A stretch of DNA of 64,000 bases from an uncultured Gammaproteobacteria bacterium. Its GTDB lineage: Bacteria; Patescibacteriota; Patescibacteriia; UBA1558; S5-K13. This document shows positions 47,585 through 56,215 of this stretch, piece after piece. Each line of letters begins with the position of its first letter. Position 1 is the stretch's first letter. A program made the translations under genes and the position numbers. The stretch covers positions 12,538 through 76,537 of the forward strand of contig CAZAOE010000001.1 of assembly GCA_964486685.1 (NCBI GenBank), read 5' to 3'. Below the pieces are notes generated by a model that saw only the letters and a list, made by a program, of their open reading frames with translations, made no database searches and was not told the DNA's origin.

Positions 47585-48046
47585 ATGAAGTGTCCTATTT
47601 GTGGCAATGAAAATACCAAAGTTTTAGATTCTCGGGTCGCTAGCGATGGAATTACTGTTCGGCGACGCAGAGAATGTACAAAAAAACGTTGCGGTTTTCG
47701 TTTTTCCACGATTGAAGAAATAGAAATTTTGGACTTTATTATTATTAAAAGAGATGGCAGAAGAGAGGTTTATAATAAAGAAAAATTAAAAGAAGGCATT
47801 AAAAAGGCCTTAGAAAAAAGACCCTATTCAGAAGAAGATTTTGCTCAATTAATTAGAGATATAGAAATGGATATTCAAAAAATTAGAAAGAATGAAGTAG
47901 AATCTTCTGTAGTAGGAGATATAGTAATGAAACATTTGAAAAAATTTGATAAAATCGCTTATATTCGCTATGCTTCAGTTTATCGTTCTTTTGAAGACGT
48001 TCAAACCTTTGAAAAAGAATTAAAAATTTTAAAAAATGGTAAATAA
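47585..48046 (+). CDS. nrdR: Transcriptional repressor NrdR
   Basis: MKCPICGNENTKVLDSR...RRRECTKKRCGFRFSTIE zinc ribbon plus ATP-cone. Confidence 0.9.
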   Translation: MKCPICGNENTKVLDSRVASDGITVRRRRECTKKRCGFRFSTIEEIEILDFIIIKRDGRREVYNKEKLKEGIKKALEKRPYSEEDFAQLIRDIEMDIQKIRKNEVESSVVGDIVMKHLKKFDKIAYIRYASVYRSFEDVQTFEKELKILKNGK

Positions 48047-48203
48047 ATCCCCACACCTATAATTGAAAAATTATAGTATAAGGGAAAATATATTTAAAAT
48101 TTAAATATCAAACCCAATTTATTAAACCTAATTTACCCCCCACCTTTTAAGAAAGCAAAAAGGTGAGGGATGAAAAAATAATTAGGTGTGGAGATAAGTT
48201 ATC

Positions 48204-48527
48204 ATGGAAAATAAAATCAAAAATAATTTAAAACCAGTTCTTAAGAAAGATAATTTTTCAGAATTTAAGAAACTTTTAGAAGAAAATTTAGTTTTAAATA
48301 GGGCTATTTATGAAAGTTCTAAAAAGACCGAAAAATATATCCATTTTGTAAAGATACTTAATATTATTAAATTTATTTTAATATTTTTACCCATTATTTT
48401 AGGAATACTATATTTAATACCCTTTTTAGGTGAATTTATAGATATGTATAAAGGATTTTTTAATGATGTTTCTGGTCAAGCGGGAATTTTAGAAAATATT
48501 AAAGAAGTACAAAATTTAACTAATTAA
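48204..48527 (+). CDS. Hypothetical small membrane protein
   Basis: 107 aa with a central hydrophobic hairpin (ILIFLPIILGILYLIPFLG). Confidence 0.35.
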   Translation: MENKIKNNLKPVLKKDNFSEFKKLLEENLVLNRAIYESSKKTEKYIHFVKILNIIKFILIFLPIILGILYLIPFLGEFIDMYKGFFNDVSGQAGILENIKEVQNLTN

Positions 48528-48548
48528 AATTTTTGAAGATGTTTTTTT

Positions 48549-48572
48549 CTACCTTTTTCTAGAAAAAGGTAG
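48549..48572. other. Perfect 24-bp palindrome
   Basis: ctacctttttctagaaaaaggtag is its own reverse complement; T-run on the 5' side. Confidence 0.4.
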
Positions 48573-48942
48573 AACTAAAAAGTCGCGAACTGTACAAAAA
48601 TTTAGATAATTTAATCATTCGTCATCCTAAAACTTTGAAACTCGTCGTTTCATTATCATTCCACTCCTCAAACAAGTCAAAGTTTTTTAACGGATGCCTC
48701 ATTCAAATTATAGTTAAATTTTTGTAATGTTCGCAGAAACTATAATTAAATATAATAGCAATAATTAGTCGGTATAATAGAAACAACCAGCCTTTGGCTG
48801 GTTGTAATTCATAATAACTTTTTATATGAGTTCATTGGGATTGGAGTAGTGGATATGAAGTTTTAAAATTTATAGTCATAAACAGTAAAAGTATAGGTAC
48901 CTATAGTATTGGCTTGAATAAAATATTCACCACTGCTGACTG

Positions 48943-49650
48943 TTATAGACCAACCGCATTAGCTCCATACTCTGCTTGTGCTTGTGTAAATTTCTCATAC
49001 AGTAACTGTTCAATCAACCCGCCACGCGAAAATGCTGAATATTCCATATATGATTGGGCTTTCTTAACTGCTTGTTCATTCCAGTTAGCACCACAATTAT
49101 CTGCACCATAAACGGCATCAGCGTGTGAAAATTGTTCGTACTCTAATTGATCAACTAGTCCACCATAGGAAAATGCTGAGTATCCTAAATAAGTTTTTGC
49201 TTTAGCAACTGCATTTTTTTGACTAACCGTTTCACTTGATGTCGGTTCTGGTTCCGGTGTTGGGGTCGGAGCTGGAGTTAATTCTGGCTCCGGCTCTGGT
49301 ATTGGAGTTGGTTCTGGTTCAGGTTGAACTTCTGTAATTACTGGTTCATTCGGCTGTTCTTCGACTAACTGCTCATTATTTTGATTATCTTCTATTGTTT
49401 TCTCGCTGTTATTTATAATTGGTTCTTGTTGGTTTTCTATATTACCTATATCTTGATTTGATAATTGTGGAGTATCTGCGACACCACCGCATATTATAAG
49501 AAACAATACTGTAAAACTACCAAAAGTTAATAGAATCTTTTTTCTATTCGGTTCTTTCTTAAAAAACTTTGATAATGATTTTGGTTTTACTAAACCAACT
49601 ATCAATAACAGAAAACATGCTAAGGATAGTAAAAAAAATAAAACATCCAT
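48943..49650 (-). CDS. Ltp-family (host cell surface-exposed lipoprotein / superinfection-exclusion type) protein with two Ltp repeats
   Basis: N-terminal TM/signal, a Pro/Thr/Glu-rich linker, then two copies of the ...SY.EYSAFS.GGL..QL.YE.F......YG... motif joined by NWNEQAVKKA. This is the Lipoprotein_Ltp repeat pattern. Confidence 0.7.
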   Translation of the reverse strand: MDVLFFLLSLACFLLLIVGLVKPKSLSKFFKKEPNRKKILLTFGSFTVLFLIICGGVADTPQLSNQDIGNIENQQEPIINNSEKTIEDNQNNEQLVEEQPNEPVITEVQPEPEPTPIPEPEPELTPAPTPTPEPEPTSSETVSQKNAVAKAKTYLGYSAFSYGGLVDQLEYEQFSHADAVYGADNCGANWNEQAVKKAQSYMEYSAFSRGGLIEQLLYEKFTQAQAEYGANAVGL

Positions 49651-49680
49651 TTTTTTATTAATTAATTATTATATCTAAGC

Positions 49681-50433
49681 TTATATTATTTGATTATTAT
49701 CTTCAATAAATATCTTTTTTTCGGTCGTTTTTTTCTTTATGATGTTCAATGGCATTTTTGGTTTTATAGAATCAATTTTAGTTGTAATGATTTTATTTAT
49801 TGAATCCAGAATATCATCATCGCCAAATAATAATCCCGTATTCTTTTTCAATATCCTCTTAAGAAACCTTACTATCTCTATTGAATAGAAGTTTTTGCTT
49901 AGATCAGTTGGCTCCAGAGCACTAAACCTTTTCCAAAATTTATCAAGTTCATTTTTGATAACCGCTTTTTTTGTAAGATAAACCAGAAATTCAACAGACT
50001 TCTTTAACTCTTTTAAATCCATTAAATTAAAATTAAAGATCCTTTTATTGTCTATTGGTTTAGCAAAAATAACCTTATGTAATTGAATTTGTCTTCCATT
50101 TGTGAGTAAAACCCAATCTATACCTTCGTTAGCTGCATAATTAAGAGCCTGCCTTAAATGATTTTCCGTTAAATCTATTTGTATTGCTTTTACTTCTACA
50201 ACAAAATGTTTCTTTTTTGCTAGTTGAATAACATAATCTGCATACTCTCCCTTTATTCTATATTCAGTTCTTATTTCTTCTAACTCTACATACCCCAAAA
50301 CATCAATCAGAAAATTATTTACCATTAAACGTGTTGCAGATTCATCTAATTCTGCATACTGTTCCCTTAAATATCTTTTTTTGTAATCGTTTAATTTTTT
50401 ATATAATTTACTTTTTTCTTTTTCTAAATACAT
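49681..50433 (-). CDS. PD-(D/E)xK nuclease-fold protein (HsdR-N/Mrr-like)
   Basis: EYRIKGEYADYVIQ...HFVVEVKAIQ gives a D...E-V-K arrangement on alternating strands, typical of restriction-endonuclease-like folds. Confidence 0.5.
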   Translation of the reverse strand: MYLEKEKSKLYKKLNDYKKRYLREQYAELDESATRLMVNNFLIDVLGYVELEEIRTEYRIKGEYADYVIQLAKKKHFVVEVKAIQIDLTENHLRQALNYAANEGIDWVLLTNGRQIQLHKVIFAKPIDNKRIFNFNLMDLKELKKSVEFLVYLTKKAVIKNELDKFWKRFSALEPTDLSKNFYSIEIVRFLKRILKKNTGLLFGDDDILDSINKIITTKIDSIKPKMPLNIIKKKTTEKKIFIEDNNQII

Positions 50434-50965
50434 AATTTTTTGATTATTAATTAAATAAAAAACTATTAGTTATTGGGAAATTAAAAAAGGTTTCCCAAAC
50501 CAGCTGACAAGTCCTTGCGAAAATGCCACTACACCCTTTCGAGCATAGACCTATCCTACAAGTACTGGTTGGAAAACCATTTTTATGTAGGATAGGATTT
50601 TTAACCATACCTTATGAAAACATAGGGGTTAGGTCAATCTAATCGTTATTTTAATATTAACTCAAAAAATTTTAAAAGTAAAATAAATATATGCCCCTTT
50701 TTCCTAACTAGGAGGAGAAGGGGGTTGGTTTACTAAAAGCGAAATTTATGCGAAAATATATATATAATAAGTTTTTAATTTTCAATTTTTTAATTATCAA
50801 TCCTAAAGACGTTAGGCACCTTTCAGATATTAAACGTTTTTCCAAATTTTATTATTTACTTAGGTTGTATAATTTAAAAAAAGATTAGAGTTATAATTAA
50901 GGACTGGGGGACAGAGAGGTTAATTGGTAATTTGAAATTGTAAATTTTTATTTTTAAATTTAGAT

Positions 50966-51349
50966 ATGAAAGTTAAAGATTTTTGGATGAATGTATTTAA
51001 AATTATCTTTATAGATATAATTTGGGAAGTTTTTTATTTACCTTTTTGGTGGTATTCCCTTGGATTCTATAGGGTTATTGTTTTTTTTATTAAAACAATA
51101 AAAAGGGAATGGTATAATTTGGGAATGGGCATACATTTTAAATTTTTATTTAAACCCATGTATGCTCAGAGAGATTTTGCCGGAAGATTAATCAGCTTTT
51201 TTGCTCGAATAATACAATTAATTTTTAAATTGATTGTATTTTTAATAATATTTTTTATATTTTTAATTTTTTTAATATTGTGGATTCTTTTGCCGGCCAT
51301 TATTGTTTGGCAAATATATATAAATTTCAATTTTATCATAAATGTTTAA
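50966..51349 (+). CDS. Small polytopic membrane protein, translationally coupled to the downstream Clp-family ATPase
   Basis: Three or four TM helices; its stop overlaps the start of 51342. Confidence 0.4.
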   Translation: MKVKDFWMNVFKIIFIDIIWEVFYLPFWWYSLGFYRVIVFFIKTIKREWYNLGMGIHFKFLFKPMYAQRDFAGRLISFFARIIQLIFKLIVFLIIFFIFLIFLILWILLPAIIVWQIYINFNFIINV

Positions 51350-54032
51350 CGAACAAAGAGTAAAAATTATTAGGTGTGATGAATGCGATGGTCAAAATAA
51401 TTGTCCATATTGTTTGAGTCATCAAAATTATATTCTTTTAGGAAAATATCTCATTTATTGGAATAAGTATTATAATGATTTAAGCATTTCCATAGATAAA
51501 ACTAATAAATTTATTAAAATATTTGTTAATACAATTTTATTTTTAATTGCTATTATTGGTTTTGCGGCTCTAGGGTATCATATTTATTTGTTAATAATTA
51601 ATTCGGCAGATTTATTATTTTTAGGTAATTGGCAGGGAAAATATTTGTTTGTTTTTTGGTTGAGTTTAATTTTTGATATGTTTTTATTTTATAGAATCCA
51701 AAGAAATTTTGGCTATTTAGAAAAAGTAGTAGGTCCTCATAATTTAATCTCAGCTGAACATATTATTGTTTCTAAAAAGTTTAAAGAAAAAAATATATAT
51801 GACGCCCTATCTAAAACTTCTCGAAAAATTATCATTGATTCTTGGTTTATTGCTAAAAAGAATAGGCATATTTTAATTAGTCCTTTAGATTTGCTTTTAT
51901 CTGTTTTAAATAACTCAGAAATAATTTTAATTCTAAATCGCTTGGGCATAGATAAAAGAATTTTTAAAGAAAAAATAAAAAGATTAATGGAAACCACCCA
52001 ATTAAGTTATGACAACTTAGATAATTTAGAAATAATTATGTTTAATAGCTATTGGTTTGCTAATCAATCTAGGTCAGAATATATCAGAGTTAGTGATATT
52101 TTAAAAGCCTTAATTTGTGTTAATGAATATGTAATAGATTTATTTTTAGATTCTGGTGTTGGTTATGAACAAGTAATGAATGTTTTGATGTGGATTAAAC
52201 TAGGGGATGAATTAAGAGATAGATATAAAAGATACAAGTCCCGTTCTTTGTTTAGGCCTAAAGGAAGTATGAATAGAGCCATGACAGCTATTGCCACTCC
52301 CTTTCTAGATCATTTTAGTAGAGATTTAACTTCTTTAGCTCAGCGTGGATATTTAGAATTAAGCGTGGCCAGAGAGGAAAAAATTGAAGAAATATATAGA
52401 ATTGTACAAACTAGTAGTAGCTTTGTTTTGGTTGGTTTACCGGGTATAGGTAAGGACAATATAGTTGATGGTTTGGCCAATAGAATGGCGGCCGAAGAGG
52501 TTCCAGATAATTTAAGAGATAAACGTTTAGTTTCCTTATCACTCTCTAGATTAGTTTCCGAATCTTCGGCCTCAGGCAAAATTGAAAAAAATTTAATTAG
52601 AATTGTTAATGAAATTGTTCGGGCCGGCAACATTATATTAGTTATAGAAGATATTCACAATATAGTTGGCGTGACATCTATTGGCACAGAAAATATTGAT
52701 TTATCAGAGGTTTTATCAGATTTAATTACTAAATATAATATCACAGTAATCGGCACTACTAATCCTAGAGATTATACTAAATATTTAGAAAATAATCCTT
52801 TGGCCAGTAATTTATTAAAAATAGAGATACTTGAGCCAGATTTTAATCAGACCGTTCAAATATTAGAGGCCAAAACTTTTGCAGTGGAATATAAATATAA
52901 AGTTTATTTTTCATATCAGGCCCTGGAAAAAATTGTGAAATTAACTAGTAATTATATCCATGACCAATACCAGCCTATTAAGTCCATTAAAATTTTAGAG
53001 GAAGTAGCAGTAATGGTTAAGGAAAAGAAGGGGGCAAATCATTTAGTTACCAAAGAAGATATAGCTAAACTTATTTCGGATAAGATTCATATGCCCTTGA
53101 CCGAAATTAAGGCCTCAGAATCAGAAAAATTAATGCATTTAGAAGAGCTTATTCACCAGAGAATCATTGGACAGGATGAGGCAGTAATTATGGTTGCTTC
53201 AGCATTAAGAAGAGCCAGAACCGAATTAAGAGATCAAGACAAACCTATAACTAATTTATTGTTTTTGGGACCCACTGGTGTAGGTAAGACAGAATTAGCT
53301 AAAACCGTAGCAGAAATATTTTTTAATAGTGAAGATAATATGATTAGATTAGATATGTCTGAATATCAAGAAAAATCTAGTTTATCTCGATTAATAGGAG
53401 CAGAAGGAAGCAATGAGGGAGGAGTTTTAACAGAGGCAATTAGAAAAAGACCATTTTCTTTATTGCTTTTAGATGAAATAGAAAAGGCCCACCCAGATAT
53501 ATTAAATGTATTTTTACAAGTTATGGATGATGGAAGATTAACGGATTCCAGCGGTAGGACGGTTGATTTTTCTAATTGTATAATTATAGCCACTTCTAAT
53601 GCTGCTGCTTTTTATTTGCAAGACAAAATAAGAGAGGGAGTTGCTTTAGAAAAAATTAAAGAAGATTTATTGCAAACAGAATTAAGACCTTATTTTAAAC
53701 CAGAATTTTTAAATCGTTTTAATGGTATTGTTTTATTTAGGCCATTAATGCCTAAAGAAATAGAAAAGATTACTTCTTTAATGCTTAGAAAAGTAGCGAA
53801 AAGATTAGAAGATAAAGGTATTGATTTTAGGGCTTCAGATTTAGCTATTAAAGAGTTGGCCAGCATTGGTTTTTCCAAAGATTTTGGAGCCCGACCATTA
53901 TCCAGAACCATTCAACAAAGAGTTGATGATGCCTTGGCAGATTTTTTATTAACTGGTAAGATTGGTCGCAGAGATAAGGTTATTTTAGAAAAAGGAGGCG
54001 AAATACGCATAGAAAAGGCTCGGAAGCTTTGA
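51342..54032 (+). CDS. Clp/Hsp100-family AAA+ ATPase with N-terminal zinc ribbon and 2 TM helices, degenerate D1 and intact D2
   Basis: CDECDGQNNCPYC, TM LFLIAIIGFAALGYHIYLLII and Clp_N-like repeats. D1 has GLPGIGKD (Walker A Thr replaced by Asp) and IEDIH (Walker B DE swapped). D2 has GPTGVGKTELAK, LLLDEIEKAH and sensor/Arg-finger. Confidence 0.7.
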   Translation: MFNEQRVKIIRCDECDGQNNCPYCLSHQNYILLGKYLIYWNKYYNDLSISIDKTNKFIKIFVNTILFLIAIIGFAALGYHIYLLIINSADLLFLGNWQGKYLFVFWLSLIFDMFLFYRIQRNFGYLEKVVGPHNLISAEHIIVSKKFKEKNIYDALSKTSRKIIIDSWFIAKKNRHILISPLDLLLSVLNNSEIILILNRLGIDKRIFKEKIKRLMETTQLSYDNLDNLEIIMFNSYWFANQSRSEYIRVSDILKALICVNEYVIDLFLDSGVGYEQVMNVLMWIKLGDELRDRYKRYKSRSLFRPKGSMNRAMTAIATPFLDHFSRDLTSLAQRGYLELSVAREEKIEEIYRIVQTSSSFVLVGLPGIGKDNIVDGLANRMAAEEVPDNLRDKRLVSLSLSRLVSESSASGKIEKNLIRIVNEIVRAGNIILVIEDIHNIVGVTSIGTENIDLSEVLSDLITKYNITVIGTTNPRDYTKYLENNPLASNLLKIEILEPDFNQTVQILEAKTFAVEYKYKVYFSYQALEKIVKLTSNYIHDQYQPIKSIKILEEVAVMVKEKKGANHLVTKEDIAKLISDKIHMPLTEIKASESEKLMHLEELIHQRIIGQDEAVIMVASALRRARTELRDQDKPITNLLFLGPTGVGKTELAKTVAEIFFNSEDNMIRLDMSEYQEKSSLSRLIGAEGSNEGGVLTEAIRKRPFSLLLLDEIEKAHPDILNVFLQVMDDGRLTDSSGRTVDFSNCIIIATSNAAAFYLQDKIREGVALEKIKEDLLQTELRPYFKPEFLNRFNGIVLFRPLMPKEIEKITSLMLRKVAKRLEDKGIDFRASDLAIKELASIGFSKDFGARPLSRTIQQRVDDALADFLLTGKIGRRDKVILEKGGEIRIEKARKL

Positions 54033-54075
54033 TATTTTGGTAGAAATAAAATTATTAAGTTATTTTAATAATATG

Positions 54076-54238
54076 GGATTATCAATTACCAATTATCAAT
54101 TTTCAATTCTCATTTAATTTTCAATAATTAAATTTACAATAGTTTTTATGAAATAAATAGCTTAGCAAAAATTGATTATTGTAATATTGGTTATTAAATG
54201 AAAATTTAAAATTTCAAATTGAAAATTAAATAATATAT
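54076..54238. repeat. ~170-bp intergenic element, copy B
   Basis: Homologous to 787-963; ends at the glyS ATG. Confidence 0.6.
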
Positions 54239-55630
54239 ATGTCTAAAAAAGAAGATAATAAAATGGACAAAATTATATCTTTAGCGAAAAGAAGGGGTTT
54301 TGTTTTTCCATCTTCAGAAATCTACGGCGGTTTTGCAGCTGTTTACGATTATGGTCCCTATGGAGTAGAATTGGCTAATAATATTAAAGAGACCTGGTGG
54401 AAAGATATGGTCCAGAATAGAGAAGATATTATTGGTTTAGATTCAGCAATTTTTATGAGTCCTAAGGTTTGGGAAGCCAGTGGCCATGTTAGCGGATTTT
54501 CCGATCCCTTAGCAGAATGTAAAAAATGTCATGCTCGAATTAGAGTGGATGCTCTTTTAGAAGATATTGGTGTGTCAGCTGATGAAAAAATGAGCGAGGA
54601 AGAGATTAATAAATTATTTAAAGAAAATAAAAATAAATTTAAATGTCCAAAATGTGGTCAGAATGATTTCACAGAAGCTAGAAGTTTTAATTTATTAGTT
54701 AAATCTAATCTTGGCAATTTTACTGGCAGGTGGGACAAGAATCCAGTTTATTTAAGAGGAGAGACCTGTCAGGGAATTTATATTAATTTTAAAAATATTT
54801 TGGACTCTACTCGAATGAAAATTCCTTTTGGAATAGCTCAAATCGGCAAGGCCTTTAGAAATGAAATCACTGCTCGACAATTTATTTTTAGAACCCGAGA
54901 GTTTGAACAAATGGAAATGCAATATTTTATTAAGCCAGAAGATGAAATGTCGGAGTATAAAAAATTAAAAGAATATCGCTGGGATTTTTATTTAAATTTA
55001 GGAATAGACAAGAAGAATTTAAAATGGCACAAGCATGAAAATTTAGCTTTTTATGCTCAAGAGGCCTATGATATTGAATATAATTTTCCGTTCGGATTTA
55101 AGGAATTAGAGGGAGTTCATGCTCGCGGTAATTATGATTTAACACAGCATTCCAAATACTCACAAGAAAAATTAGAATATTTAGACCCAGATACTAATGA
55201 AAAATATATTCCACATATAATAGAGGCCTCTGGTGGTGTGGGCCGTACCTTTTTAGCTTTACTATCTGAAGCCTATACAGAAGAAAAGGTTAAAGATGGA
55301 CAAAGAGTAGTATTAAAATTAAAACCAAGTTTAGCCCCAATTAAAATAGCCATATTTCCATTATTAAGGAATAAACCTAAATTAGTTCAAAAAGCTAAAG
55401 AGATTTTTAATAATTTGAAAACCAAGTATATGTGTGAATTTGATGATAATGGCAATGTGGGTAAGAGATATAGAAGGCAAGATGAAATTGGTACGCCATA
55501 TTGTATTACCGTGGATTTTGATAGTTTAGAAAATAATGATGTTACGGTTAGAGATAGAGATAGCATGGAACAGGAGAGGATTAAAGTTGATAAATTAGAA
55601 GAATATTTTAGAAATAAATTTAATGGCTAA
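54239..55630 (+). CDS. glyS: Glycyl-tRNA synthetase, alpha2 (eukaryote/archaeal-like) type
   Basis: RRGFVFPSSEIYGGFAAVYDYGPYG N-terminus and class II motifs; 463 aa. Confidence 0.85.
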   Translation: MSKKEDNKMDKIISLAKRRGFVFPSSEIYGGFAAVYDYGPYGVELANNIKETWWKDMVQNREDIIGLDSAIFMSPKVWEASGHVSGFSDPLAECKKCHARIRVDALLEDIGVSADEKMSEEEINKLFKENKNKFKCPKCGQNDFTEARSFNLLVKSNLGNFTGRWDKNPVYLRGETCQGIYINFKNILDSTRMKIPFGIAQIGKAFRNEITARQFIFRTREFEQMEMQYFIKPEDEMSEYKKLKEYRWDFYLNLGIDKKNLKWHKHENLAFYAQEAYDIEYNFPFGFKELEGVHARGNYDLTQHSKYSQEKLEYLDPDTNEKYIPHIIEASGGVGRTFLALLSEAYTEEKVKDGQRVVLKLKPSLAPIKIAIFPLLRNKPKLVQKAKEIFNNLKTKYMCEFDDNGNVGKRYRRQDEIGTPYCITVDFDSLENNDVTVRDRDSMEQERIKVDKLEEYFRNKFNG

Positions 55631-55640
55631 TATAAAAAAT

Positions 55641-55676
55641 AAAACTAAGTTTCTAGTACTAGAAACTTAGTTTTTT
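55641..55676. terminator. Bidirectional terminator: 34-nt perfect palindrome centred on GTAC, flanked by an A-run and a T-run
   Basis: aaaactaagtttctagtactagaaacttagttttTT sits between the convergent glyS and 55692-56033. Confidence 0.6.
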
Positions 55677-55691
55677 GGTATAAAAATTTAA

Positions 55692-56033
55692 TTATTCTTC
55701 GTACATTAATTCGTTATTTTTCCAAATTTGACAAAGATAAATATCTTCAATATCTTCTTCGCCAGTATAATCATTTGGAATTTGAACAGTTACTTCTACT
55801 TTATCCTCTCCCTCTAAAAATATAAAATATTGATTGTCTTTATCTTTAGTCACACGATTAAATTCAAAGTTTTCGTAATTAGGTAATTTGTGGTAGTCGG
55901 GATCGTCTTTTAAAGCATCCCAGTCAGGTATTTCATCAAGAGAATCCCATACATGTTCTAATAATCCTTTATATTTTTGATTAGTTTCCTTCCTTTCGGT
56001 ATTATTGTTTAGATCTCCCAATTTTTCTTTCAT
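55692..56033 (-). CDS. Hypothetical acidic protein
   Basis: 113-aa ORF with no recognisable motif. Confidence 0.4.
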   Translation of the reverse strand: MKEKLGDLNNNTERKETNQKYKGLLEHVWDSLDEIPDWDALKDDPDYHKLPNYENFEFNRVTKDKDNQYFIFLEGEDKVEVTVQIPNDYTGEEDIEDIYLCQIWKNNELMYEE

Positions 56034-56166
56034 AATTTTTAAATTAATTGTTTAACTCCTTCTTAATTTAAGATTAGCAAAATCTAAAAAAAAAAACAAG
56101 TTTAAAGGGGGTGTTTTAAAAAGATATTATTTGATATACTGAGAATAGTTAAATTAATTGAGTATC

Positions 56167-56202
56167 CAAAGCTTAGCTTCGGGTACCCGAAGCTAAGCTT
56201 TG
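56167..56202. promoter_or_regulatory. Perfect 36-nt palindrome centred on GGGTACCC in the divergent promoter region, 14 nt upstream of the radA ATG
   Basis: caaagcttagcttcgggtacccgaagctaagctttg equals its own reverse complement; no SD before radA. Confidence 0.4.
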
Positions 56203-56215
56203 TTTTATAAATATC

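Noticed and set aside
54040-54238. T-box riboswitch leader upstream of glyS
   Set aside because: No T-box consensus (AATTAGGGTGGTACCGCG-like), specifier loop or terminator/antiterminator is seen. The same element precedes a non-aaRS gene at 787-963.
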